Shown in pieces: positions 13,741 through 27,120 of a DNA stretch of 64,000 bases. Both the position numbers and the translations under genes were made by a program. How positions within the stretch are numbered: position 1 is the stretch's first letter; each line of letters opens with the position of its first letter. This DNA comes from Balanoglossus misakiensis (lineage: Eukaryota > Animalia > Hemichordata). The notes beneath the pieces are model-generated. The model made no database searches and was not told where the DNA came from. It was given only the letters and a program-made list of their open reading frames with translations. The stretch lies in NCBI GenBank assembly GCA_040954595.2, contig CM082586.2, positions 10,571,337-10,635,336 on the forward strand, read 5' to 3'.

Positions 13741-16700
13741 AGCAACCATGGACATTTTAGAACTATCTCTCGATCTACAGAGTCTATAGTGGAAAACTTT
13801 CTTATGCACATAGGCCTATCTATGTGTTCTGTGCCTCACAACAGAATTCGGTAAATAAACGAGGCTGTTTGGAAGCAACCATGGAAATTTTACAACTATC
13901 CGTCGATCTACAGAGTCTAGTGGAAAACGTTCTTATGCGCATAGGCCTATATATGTGTTCTGCGCATCACAAAAGAGTTTTGTAAACAAACGAGGCTGTG
14001 TTTGAAAGCAACCATGGACATTTTAGAACTATCTCTCGATCTACAGAGTCTATAGTGGAAAACTTTCTTATGCACATAGGCCTATCTATGTGTTCTGTGC
14101 CTCACAACAGAATTCGGTAAATAAACGAGGCTGTTTGGAAGCAACCATGGAAATTTTAGAACTATCCGTCGATCTACAGAGTCTAGTGGAAAACGTTCTT
14201 ATGCGCATAGGCCTATATATGTTTCTGCGCATCACAACAGAATTTTGTAAACAAACGAGGCTGTGTTTGGAAGCAACCATGGAAATTTTAGAACTATCTC
14301 TCGATGTACAGAGTCTATAGTGGAAAACTTTCTTATGCACATAGGCCTATCTATGTGTTCTGTGCCTCACAACAGAATTCGGTAAATAAACGAGGCTGTT
14401 TGGAAGCAACCATGGAAATTTTACAACTATCCGTCGATCTACAGAGTCTAGTGGAAAACGTTCTTATGCGCATAGGCCTATATATGTGTTCTGCGCATCA
14501 CAAAAGAGTTTTGTAAACAAACGAGGCTGTGTTTGAAAGCAACCATGGACATTTTAGAACTATCTCTCGATCTACAGAGTCTATAGTGGAAAACTTTCTT
14601 ATGCACATAGGCCTATCTATGTGTTCTGTGCCTCACAACAGAATTCGGTAAATAAACGAGGCTGTTTGGAAGCAACCATGGAAATTTTAGAACTATCCGT
14701 CGATCTACAGAGTCTAGTGGAAAACGTTCTTATGCGCATAGGCCTATATATGTGTTCTGCGCATCACAACAGAATTTTGTAAACAAACGAGGCTGTGTTT
14801 GGAAGCAACCATGGAAATTTTAGAACTATCTCTCGATGTACAGAGTCTATAGTGGAAAACTTTCTTATGCACATATGCCTATCTATGTGTTCTGCGCCTC
14901 AAAACAGAATTCCGTAAATAAACGAGGTTGTTTGGAAGCAAACATGGAAATTTTAGAACTAACTCTCGATCTACAGAGTATAGTGGAAAACGTTCATATG
15001 CGCATAGGCCTATCTATGTGTTCTGCGCATCACAACAGAATTTTGTAAACAAACCAGGCTTTGTTTGGAAGCAACCATGGACATTTTAGAACTATTCGTC
15101 GATCTACGGAGTCTAGTGGAAAACTTTCTTATGCGCATAGGCATATGTATGTGTTCTACGCATCACAACAGAATTCGGTAAATAAACGAGGCTGTTTGGA
15201 AACAACCATGGAAATTTTTGAACTATCCGTTGATCTAAAGTTGAAAAGTTTTTTATGCGCATAGGCCTATCTATGTGTTCTGCGCCTCACAACAGAAATC
15301 GGTAAATAAACGAGGCTGTTTGGAAGCAACCATGGAAATTTTACAACTATCTCTCGATCTACAGAGTCTATAGTGGAAAACTTTCTTATTCACATATGCC
15401 TATCTATGTGTTCTGCGCCTCAAAACAGAATTCCGCAAATAAACGAGGCTGTTTGGAAGCAAACATGGAAGTTTTAGAACTATCTCTCGATCTACAGTGT
15501 ATAGTGGAAAACGTTCATATGCGCATAGGCCTATCTATGTGTTCTGCGCATCACAACAGAATTTTGTAAATAATCGAGGATGTGTTTGGAAGCAATCATG
15601 GAAATTTTAGAACTATCCGTCGATCTACAGAGTCTAGTGGAAACTTTCTTATGCGCATAGGCATATGTATGTGTTCAGCGCATAACAACAGAATTTTGTA
15701 AATGAACGAGGCTGTGTTTGGAAACAACCATGGAAATTTTACAACTATCCGTCGATCTACGGAGTCTGGTGGAAAACTTTCTTATGCGCATAGGCCTATC
15801 ATGTGTTCTGCGCCTCACAACAGAAATCGGTAAATAAACGAGGCTGTTTGGAAGCAACCATGGAAATTGTACAACTATCCGTCGATCTACAGAGTCTAGT
15901 GGAAACGTTCTTATGCGCATAGGCCTATATATGTGTTCTGCGCATCACAACAGAATTTTGTAAACAAACGAGGCTGTGTTTGGTAGCAACCATGGACATT
16001 TTAGAACTATCTCTCGATCTACAGAGTCTATAGTGGAAAACTTTCTTATGCACATATGCCTATCTATGTGTTCTGCGCCTCACAACAGAATTCGGTAAAT
16101 AAACGAGGCTGTTTGGAAGCAACCATGGAAATTTTACAACTATCCGTCGATCTACAGAGTCTAGTGGAAAACGTTATTATGCGCATAGGCCTATATATGT
16201 GTTCTGCGCATCACAACAGAATTTTGTAAACAAACGAGGCTGTGTTTGGAAGCAACCATGAAAGTTTACAACTATCCGTCGATCTACAGAGTCTAGTGGA
16301 AAAATGTCTCATGCGCATAGGCCTATCATGTGTTCTGCGCCTCACAACAGAAATCGGTAAATAAACGAGGCTGTTTGGAAGCAACCATGGAAATTGTATA
16401 GCTATCCGTCGATCTACAGAGTCTAGTGGAAACGTTCTTATGCGCATAGGCCTATATATGTGTTCTGCGCATCACAACAGAATTTTGTAAACAAACGAGG
16501 CTGTGTTTGGTAGCAACCATGGACATTTTAGAACTATCTCTCGATCTACAGAGTCTATAGTGGAAAACTTTCTTATGCACATATGCCTATCTATGTGTTC
16601 TGCGCCTCACAACAGAATTCGGTAAATAAACGAGGCTGTTTGGAAGCAACCATGGAAATTTTACAACTATCCGTCGATCTACAGAGTCTAGTGGAAAACG

Positions 16701-18999
16701 TTATTATGCGCATAGGCCTATATATGTGTTCTGCGCATCACAACAGAATTTTGTAAACAAACGAGGCTGTGTTTGGAAGCAACCATGGACATTTTAGAAC
16801 TATCTCTCGATCTACAGAGTCTATAGTGGAAAACTTTCTTATGCACATAGGCCTATCTATGTGTTCTGTGCCTCACAACAGAATTCGGTAAATAAACGAG
16901 GCTGTTTGGAAGCAACCATGGAAATTTTACAACTATCCGTCGATCTACAGAGTCTAGTGGAAAACGTTCTTAAGCGCATAGGCCTATATATGTGTTCTGC
17001 GCATCACAACAGAATTTTGTAAACAAACGAGGCTGTGTTTGGAAGCAACCATGGAAATTTTAGAACTATCTCTCGATGTACAGAGTCTATAGTGGAAAAC
17101 TTTCTTATGCACATATGCCTATCTATGTGTTCTGCGCCTCAAAACAGAATTCCGTAAATAAACGAGGCTGTTTGGAAGCAAACATGGAAATTTTAGAACT
17201 AACTCTCGATCTACAGAGTATAGTGGAAAACGTTCATATGCGCATAGGCCTATCTATGTGTTCTGCGCATCACAACAGAATTTTGTAAACAAACCAGGCT
17301 TTGTTTGGAAGCAACCATGGACATTTTAGAACTATTCGTCGATCTACGGAGTCTAGTGGAAAACTTTCTTATGCGCATAGGCATATGTATGTGTTCTACG
17401 CATCACAACAGAATTCGGTAAATAAACGAGGCTGTTTGGAAACAACCATGGAAATTTTTGAACTATCCGTTGATCTAAAGTTGAAAAGTTTTTTATGCGC
17501 ATAGGCCTATCTATGTGTTCTGCGCCTCACAACAGAAATCGGTAAATAAACGAGGCTGTTTGGAAGCAACCATGGAAATTGTATAGCTATCCGTCGATCT
17601 ACAGAGTCTAGTGGAAACGTTCTTATGCGCATAGGCCTATATATGTGTTCTGCGCATCACAACAGAATTTTGTAAACAAACGAGGCTGTGTTTGGTAGCA
17701 ACCATGGACATTTTAGAACTATCTCTCGATCTACAGAGTCTATAGTGGAAAACTTTCTTATGCACATATGCCTATCTATGTGTTCTGCGCCTCACAACAG
17801 AATTCGGTAAATAAACGAGGCTGTTTGGAAGCAACCATGGAAATTTTACAACTATCCGTCGATCTACAGAGTCTAGTGGAAAACGTTATTATGCGCATAG
17901 GCCTATATATGTGTTCTGCGCATCACAACAGAATTTTGTAAACAAACGAGGCTGTGTTTGGAAGCAACCATGGACATTTTAGAACTATCTCTCGATCTAC
18001 AGAGTCTATAGTGGAAAACTTTCTTATGCACATAGGCCTATCTATGTGTTCTGTGCCTCACAACAGAATTCGGTAAATAAACGAGGCTGTTTGGAAGCAA
18101 CCATGGAAATTTTACAACTATCCGTCGATCTACAGAGTCTAGTGGAAAACGTTCTTAAGCGCATAGGCCTATATATGTGTTCTGCGCATCACAACAGAAT
18201 TTTGTAAACAAACGAGGCTGTGTTTGGAAGCAACCATGGAAATTTTAGAACTATCTCTCGATGTACAGAGTCTATAGTGGAAAACTTTCTTATGCACATA
18301 TGCCTATCTATGTGTTCTGCGCCTCAAAACAGAATTCCGTAAATAAACGAGGCTGTTTGGAAGCAAACATGGAAATTTTAGAACTAACTCTCGATCTACA
18401 GAGTATAGTGGAAAACGTTCATATGCGCATAGGCCTATCTATGTGTTCTGCGCATCACAACAGAATTTTGTAAACAAACCAGGCTTTGTTTGGAAGCAAC
18501 CATGGACATTTTAGAACTATTCGTCGATCTACGGAGTCTAGTGGAAAACTTTCTTATGCGCATAGGCATATGTATGTGTTCTACGCATCACAACAGAATT
18601 CGGTAAATAAACGAGGCTGTTTGGAAACAACCATGGAAATTTTTGAACTATCCGTTGATCTAAAGTTGAAAAGTTTTTTATGCGCATAGGCCTATCTATG
18701 TGTTCTGCGCCTCACAACAGAAATCGGTAAATAAACGAGGCTGTTTGGAAGCAACCATGGAAATTTTACAACTATCTCTCGATCTACAGAGTCTATAGTG
18801 GAAAACTTTCTTATTCACATATGCCTATCTATGTGTTCTGCGCCTCAAAACAGAATTCCGCAAATAAACGAGGCTGTTTGGAAGCAAACATGGAAGTTTT
18901 AGAACTATCTCTCGATCTACAGTGTATAGTGGAAAACGTTCATATGCGCATAGGCCTATCTATGTGTTCTGCGCATCACAACAGAATTTTGTAAATAAT

Positions 19000-21900
19000 C
19001 GAGGATGTGTTTGGAAGCAATCATGGAAATTTTAGAACTATCCGTCGATCTACAGAGTCTAGTGGAAACTTTCTTATGCGCATAGGCATATGTATGTGTT
19101 CAGCGCATAACAACAGAATTTTGTAAATGAACGAGGCTGTGTTTGGAAACAACCATGGAAATTTTACAACTATCCGTCGATCTACGGAGTCTGGTGGAAA
19201 ACTTTCTTATGCGCATAGGCCTATTACGTGCTCTGCGCCTCACAACAGAATTCGGTAAATAAACGAGGCTGTTTGGAAGCAACCATGGAAATTTTAGAAC
19301 TATCCGTCGATCTACAGAGTCTAGTGGAAAAATGTCTTATGCGCATAGGCCTATCATGTGTTCTGCGCCTCACAACAGAAATCGGTAAATAAAAGAGGCT
19401 GTTTGGAAGCAACCATGGAAATTGTACAACTATCCGTCGATCTACAGAGTCTAGTGGAAAACTTCCTTATGCGCATAGACCTATTACGTGTTCTGCGCCT
19501 CACAACAGAATTCGGTAAATAAACGATGCTGTTTGGAAGCAACCATGGAAATTTTACAACTATCCGTCGATCTACAGAGTCTGGTGGAAAAATTTCTTAT
19601 GCGCATAGTCCTATCATGTGTTCTGCGCATCACAACAGAATTCGGTAAATAAACGAGGCTGTTTGGAAGCAACCATTGAAATTTTAGAACTATCCGTCGA
19701 TCTACAGAGTCTAGTGGAAAACGTTCTTATGCGCATAGGCCTATCTATGTGTTATGCGCATCACAACAGAAATCGGTAAATAAACGAGGCTGTGTTTGGA
19801 AGCAACCATGGACATTTTAGAACTATCTCTCGATCTACAGAGTCTATAGTGGAAAACTTTCTTATGCACATATGCCTATCTATGTGTTCTGCGCCTCACA
19901 ACAGAAATCGGTAAATAAACGAGGCTGTTTAAAAGCAACCATGGAAATTTTACAGCTATCCGTCGATCTACAGAGTCTAGTGGAAACGTTCTTATGCGCA
20001 TAGGCCTATATATGTGTTCTGCGCATCACAACAGAATTTTGTAAACAAACGAGGCTGTGTTTGGAAGCAACCATGGACATTTTAGAACTATCTCTCGATC
20101 TACAGAGTCTATAGTGGAAAACTTTCTTATGCACATATGCCTATCTATGTGTTCTGCGCCTCACAACAGAATTCGGTAAATAAACGAGGCTGTTTGAAAG
20201 CAACCATGGAAATTTTAGAACTATCTCTCGATCTACAGAGTCTAGTGGAAAACTTTATTATGCACATATGCCTATCTATGTGTTCTGCGCATCACAACAG
20301 AAATCGGTAAATAAACGAGGCTGTTTGGAAGCAACCATGGAAATTTTACAACTATCCGTCGATCTACAGAGTCTGGTGGAAAATTTTCTTATGCGCATAG
20401 GCCTATTACGTGCTCTGCGCCTCACAACAGAATTCGGTAAATAAACGAGGCTGTTTGGAAGCAACCATGGAAATTTTAGAACTATCCGTCGATCTACAGA
20501 GTCTAGTGGAAAAATGTCTTATGCGCATAGGCCTATCATGTGTTCTGCGCCTCACAACAGAAATCGGTAAATAAACGAGGCTGTTTGGAAGTAACCATGG
20601 AAATTGTACAACTATCCGTCGATCTACAGAGTCTAGTGGAAAACGTTCTTATGCGCATAGGCCTATCTATGTGTTATGCGCATCACAACAGAAATCGGTA
20701 AATAAACGAGGCTGTATTTGGAAGCAACCATGAAATTTTACAACTATCCGTCGATCTACAGAGTCTAGTGGAAAAATGTCTCATGCGCATAGGCCTATCA
20801 TGTGTTCTGCGCCTCACAACAGAAATCGGTAAATAAACGAGGCTGTTTGGAAGCAACCATAGAAATTTTACAGCTATCCGTCGATCTACAGAGTCTAGTG
20901 GAAACGTTCTTATGCGCATAGGCCTATATATGTGTTCTGCGCATCACAACAGAATGTTGTAAACAAACGAGGCTGTGTTTGGTAGCAACCATGGACATTT
21001 TAGAACTATCTCTCGATCTACAGAGTCTATAGTGGAAAACTTTCTTATGCACATATGCCTATCTATGTGTTCTGCGCCTCACAACAGAATTCGGTAAATA
21101 AACGAGGCTGTTTGGAAGCAACCATGGAAATTTTACAACTATCCGTCGATCTACAGAGTCTAGTGGAAAACGTTATTATGCGCATAGGCCTATATATGTG
21201 TTCTGCGCATCACAACAGAATTTTGTAAACAAACGAGGCTGTGTTTGGAAGCAACCATGGACATTTTAGAACTATCTCTCGATCTACAGAGTCTATAGTG
21301 GAAAACTTTCTTATGCACATAGGCCTATCTATGTGTTCTGTGCCTCACAACAGAATTCGGTAAATAAACGAGGCTGTTTGGAAGCAACCATGGAAATTTT
21401 AGAACTATCCGTCGATCTACAGAGTCTAGTGGAAAACGTTCTTATGCGCATAGGCCTATATATGTGTTCTGCGCATCACAACAGAATTTTGTAAACAAAC
21501 GAGGCTGTGTTTGAAAGCAACCATGGAAATTTTAGAACTATCTCTCGATGTACAGAGTCTATAGTGGAAAACTTTCTTATGCACCTATGCCTATCTATGT
21601 GTTCTGCGCCTCAAAACAGAATTCCGTAAATAAACGAGGCTGTTTGGAAGCAAACATGGAAATTTTAGAACTAACTCTCGATCTACAGAGTATAGTGGAA
21701 AACGTTCATATGCGCATAGGCCTATCTATGTGTTCTGCGCATCACAACAGAATTTTGTAAACAAACCAGGCTTTGTTTGGAAGCAACCATGGACATTTTA
21801 GAACTATTCGTCGATCTACGGAGTCTAGTGGAAAACTTTCTTATGCGCATAGGCATATGTATGTGTTCTACGCATCACAACAGAATTCGGTAAATAAACG

Positions 21901-24900
21901 AGGCTGTTTGGAAACAACCATGGAAATTTTTGAACTATCCGTTGATCTAAAGTTGAAAAGTTTTTTATGCGCATAGGCCTATCTATGTGTTCTGCGCCTC
22001 ACAACAGAAATCGGTAAATAAACGAGGCTGTTTGGAAGCAACCATGGAAATTTTACAACTATCTCTCGATCTACAGAGTCTATAGTGGAAAACTTTCTTA
22101 TTCACATATGCCTATCTATGTGTTCTGCGCCTCAAAACAGAATTCCGCAAATAAACGAGGCTGTTTGGAAGCAAACATGGAAGTTTTAGAACTATCTCTC
22201 GATCTACAGTGTATAGTGGAAAACGTTCATATGCGCATAGGCCTATCTATGTGTTCTGCGCATCACAACAGAATTTTGTAATCAATCGAGGATGTGTTTG
22301 GAAGCAATCATGGAAATTTTAGAACTATCCGTCGATCTACAGAGTCTAGTGGGAAACTTTCTTATGCGCATAGGCATATGTATGTGTTCAGCGCATCACA
22401 ACAGAATTTTGTAAATGAACGAGGCTGTGTTTGGAAACAACCATGGAAATTTTAGAACTATCTCTCGATCTAAAGTTGAAAAGTTTCTTATGCGCATAGG
22501 CCTATTACGTGTTCTGCGCCTCACAACAGAATTCGGTAAATAAACGAGGCTGTTTGGAAGCAACAATGGAAATTTTAGAACTATCCGTCGATCTACGGAG
22601 TATAGTGGAAAACGTTCATATGCGCATAGGCCTATATATGTGTTCTGCGCATCACAACAGAATTTTGTAAACAATCGAGGATGTGTTTGGAAGCAATCAT
22701 GGAAATTTTAGAACTATCCGTCGATCTACAGAGTCTAGTGGGAAACTTTCTTATGCGCATAGGCATATGTATGTGTTCAGCGCATAACAACAGAATTTTG
22801 TAAATGAACGAGGCTGTGTTTGGAAACAACCATGGAAATTTTACAACTATCCGTCGATCTACGGAGTCTGGTGGAAAACTTTCTTATGCGCATAGGCCTA
22901 TTACGTGCTCTGCGCCTCACAACAGAATTCGGTAAATAAACGAGGCTGTTTGGAAGCAACCATGGAAATTTTAGAACTATCCGTCGATCTACAGAGTCTA
23001 GTGGAAAAATGTCTTATGCGCATAGGCCTATCATGTGTTCTGCGCCTCACAACAGAAATCGGTAAATAAAAGAGGCTGTTTGGAAGCAACCATGGAAATT
23101 GTACAACTATCCGTCGATCTACAGAGTCTAGTGGAAAACTTCCTTATGCGCATAGACCTATTACGTGTTCTGCGCCTCACAACAGAATTCGGTAAATAAA
23201 CGATGCTGTTTGGAAGCAACCATGGAAATTTTACAACTATCCGTCGATCTACAGAGTCTGGTGGAAAAATTTCTTATGCGCATAGTCCTATCATGTGTTC
23301 TGCGCATCACAACAGAAATCGGTAAATAAACGAGGCTGTTTGGAAGCAACCATTGAAATTTTAGAACTATCCGTCGATCTACAGAGTCTAGTGGAAAACG
23401 TTCTTATGCGCATAGGCCTATCTATGTGTTATGCGCATCACAACAGAAATCGGTAAATAAACGAGGCTGTGTTTGGAAGCAACCATGGACATTTTAGAAC
23501 TATCTCTCGATCTACAGAGTCTATAGTGGAAAACTTTCTTATGCACATATGCCTATCTATGTGTTCTGCGCCTCACAACAGAAATCGGTAAATAAACGAG
23601 GCTGTTTAAAAGCAACCATGGAAATTTTACAGCTATCCGTCGATCTACAGAGTCTAGTGGAAACGTTCTTATGCGCATAGGCCTATATATGTGTTCTGCG
23701 CATCACAACAGAATTTTGTAAACAAACGAGGCTGTGTTTGGAAGCAACCATGGACATTTTAGAACTATCTCTCGATCTACAGAGTCTATAGTGGAAAACT
23801 TTCTTATGCACATATGCCTATCTATGTGTTCTGCGCCTCACAACAGAATTCGGTAAATAAACGAGGCTGTTTGAAAGCAACCATGGAAATTTTACAACTA
23901 TCCGTCGATCTACAGAGTCTAGTGGAAAACGTTCTTATGCGCATAGGCCTATCTATGTGTTATGCGCATCACAACAGAAATCGGTAAATAAACGAGGCTG
24001 TGTTTGGAAGCAACCATGGACATTTTAGAACTATCTCTCGATCTACAGAGTCTATAGTGGAAAACTTTCTTATGCACATATGCCTATCTATGTGTTCTGC
24101 GCCTCACAACAGAAATCGGTAAATAAACGAGGCTGTTTAAAAGCAACCATGGAAATTTTACAGCTATCCGTCGATCTACAGAGTCTAGTGGAAACGTTCT
24201 TATGCGCATAGGCCTATATATGTGTTCTGCGCATCACAACAGAATTTTGTAAACAAACGAGGCTGTGTTTGGAAGCAACCATGGACATTTTAGAACTATC
24301 TCTCGATCTACAGAGTCTATAGTGGAAAACTTTCTTATGCACATATGCCTATCTATGTGTTCTGCGCCTCACAACAGAATTCGGTAAATAAACGAGGCTG
24401 TTTGAAAGCAACCATGGAAATTTTACAACTATCCGTCGATCTACAGAGTCTAGTGGAAAACGTTATTATGCGCATAGGCCTATATATGTGTTCTGCGCAT
24501 CACAACAGAATTGTGTAAACAAACGAGGCTGTGTTTGGAAGCAACCATGGAAATTTTAGAACTATCTCTCGATCTACAGAGTCTAGTGGAAAACTTTATT
24601 ATGCACATATGCCTATCTATGTGTTCTGCGCATCACAACAGAAATCGGTAAATAAACGAGGCTGTTTGGAAGCAACCATGGAAATTTTACAACTATCCGT
24701 CGATCTACAGAGTCTGGTGGAAAACTTTCTTATGCGCATAGGCCTATTACGTGCTCTGCGCCTCACAACAGAATTCGGTAAATAAACGAGGCTGTTTGGA
24801 AGCAACCATGGAAATTTTAGAACTATCCGTCGATCTACAGAGTCTAGTGGAAAAATGTCTTATGCGCATAGGCCTATCATGTGTTCTGCGCCTCACAACA

Positions 24901-27120
24901 GAAATCGGTAAATAAACGAGGCTGTTTGGAAGTAACCATGGAAATTGTACAACTATCCGTCGATCTACAGAGTCTAGTGGAAAACGTTCTTATGCGCATA
25001 GGCCTATCTATGTGTTATGCGCATCACAACAGAAATCGGTAAATAAACGAGGCTGTATTTGGAAGCAACCATGAAATTTTACAACTATCCGTCGATCTAC
25101 AGAGTCTAGTGGAAAAATGTCTCATGCGCATAGGCCTATCATGTGTTCTGCGCCTCACAACAGAAATCGGTAAATAAACGAGGCTGTTTGGAAGCAACCA
25201 TAGAAATTTTACAGCTATCCGTCGATCTACAGAGTCTAGTGGAAACGTTCTTATGCGCATAGGCCTATATATGTGTTCTGCGCATCACAACAGAATGTTG
25301 TAAACAAACGAGGCTGTGTTTGGTAGCAACCATGGACATTTTAGAACTATCTCTCGATCTACAGAGTCTATAGTGGAAAACTTTCTTATGCACATATGCC
25401 TATCTATGTGTTCTGCGCCTCACAACAGAATTCGGTAAATAAACGAGGCTGTTTGGAAGCAACCATGGAAATTTTACAACTATCCGTCGATCTACAGAGT
25501 CTAGTGGAAAACGTTATTATGCGCATAGGCCTATATATGTGTTCTGCGCATCACAACAGAATTTTGTAAACAAACGAGGCTGTGTTTGGAAGCAACCATG
25601 GACATTTTAGAACTATCTCTCGATCTACAGAGTCTATAGTGGAAAACTTTCTTATGCACATAGGCCTATCTATGTGTTCTGTGCCTCACAACAGAATTCG
25701 GTAAATAAACGAGGCTGTTTGGAAGCAACCATGGAAATTTTAGAACTATCCGTCGATCTACAGAGTCTAGTGGAAAACGTTCTTATGCGCATAGGCCTAT
25801 ATATGTGTTCTGCGCATCACAACAGAATTTTGTAAACAAACGAGGCTGTGTTTGAAAGCAACCATGGAAATTTTAGAACTATCTCTCGATGTACAGAGTC
25901 TATAGTGGAAAACTTTCTTATGCACATATGCCTATCTATGTGTTCTGCGCCTCAAAACAGAATTCCGTAAATAAACGAGGCTGTTTGGAAGCAAACATGG
26001 AAATTTTAGAACTAACTCTCGATCTACAGAGTATAGTGGAAAACGTTCATATGCGCATAGGCCTATCTATGTGTTCTGCGCATCACAACAGAATTTTGTA
26101 AACAAACCAGGCTTTGTTTGGAAGCAACCATGGACATTTTAGAACTATTCGTCGATCTACGGAGTCTAGTGGAAAACTTTCTTATGCGCATAGGCATATG
26201 TATGTGTTCTACGCATCACAACAGAATTCGGTAAATAAACGAGGCTGTTTGGAAACAACCATGGAAATTTTTGAACTATCCGTTGATCTAAAGTTGAAAA
26301 GTTTTTTATGCGCATAGGCCTATCTATGTGTTCTGCGCCTCACAACAGAAATCGGTAAATAAACGAGGCTGTTTGGAAGCAACCATGGAAATTTTACAAC
26401 TATCTCTCGATCTACAGAGTCTATAGTGGAAAACTTTCTTATTCACATATGCCTATCTATGTGTTCTGCGCCTCAAAACAGAATTCCGCAAATAAACGAG
26501 GCTGTTTGGAAGCAAACATGGAAGTTTTAGAACTATCTCTCGATCTACAGTGTATAGTGGAAAACGTTCATATGCGCATAGGCCTATCTATGTGTTCTGC
26601 GCATCACAACAGAATTTTGTAATCAATCGAGGATGTGTTTGGAAGCAATCATGGAAATTTTAGAACTATCCGTCGATCTACAGAGTCTAGTGGGAAACTT
26701 TCTTATGCGCATAGGCATATGTATGTGTTCAGCGCATCACAACAGAATTTTGTAAATGAACGAGGCTGTGTTTGGAAACAACCATGGAAATTTTAGAACT
26801 ATCTCTCGATCTAAAGTTGAAAAGTTTCTTATGCGCATAGGCCTATTACGTGTTCTGCGCCTCACAACAGAATTCGGTAAATAAACGAGGCTGTTTGGAA
26901 GCAACAATGGAAATTTTAGAACTATCCGTCGATCTACGGAGTATAGTGGAAAACGTTCATATGCGCATAGGCCTATATATGTGTTCTGCGCATCACAACA
27001 GAATTTTGTAAACAATCGAGGATGTGTTTGGAAGCAATCATGGAAATTTTAGAACTATCCGTCGATCTACAGAGTCTAGTGGGAAACTTTCTTATGCGCA
27101 TAGGCATATGTATGTGTTCA
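19000..27120. repeat. Large tandem duplication with length-variant copies (offsets 3677 and 4341 bp)
   Basis: Markers at offset 3677: CATAACAA, AAAAGAGG, ATAGTCCTAT, CCATTGAA (~19100-19680 vs ~22780-23355). Markers at offset 4341: GTAACC, CCATAGAAA, GAATGTTG, AATCAATCG (~20590-22280 vs ~24930-26620). Confidence 0.8.
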
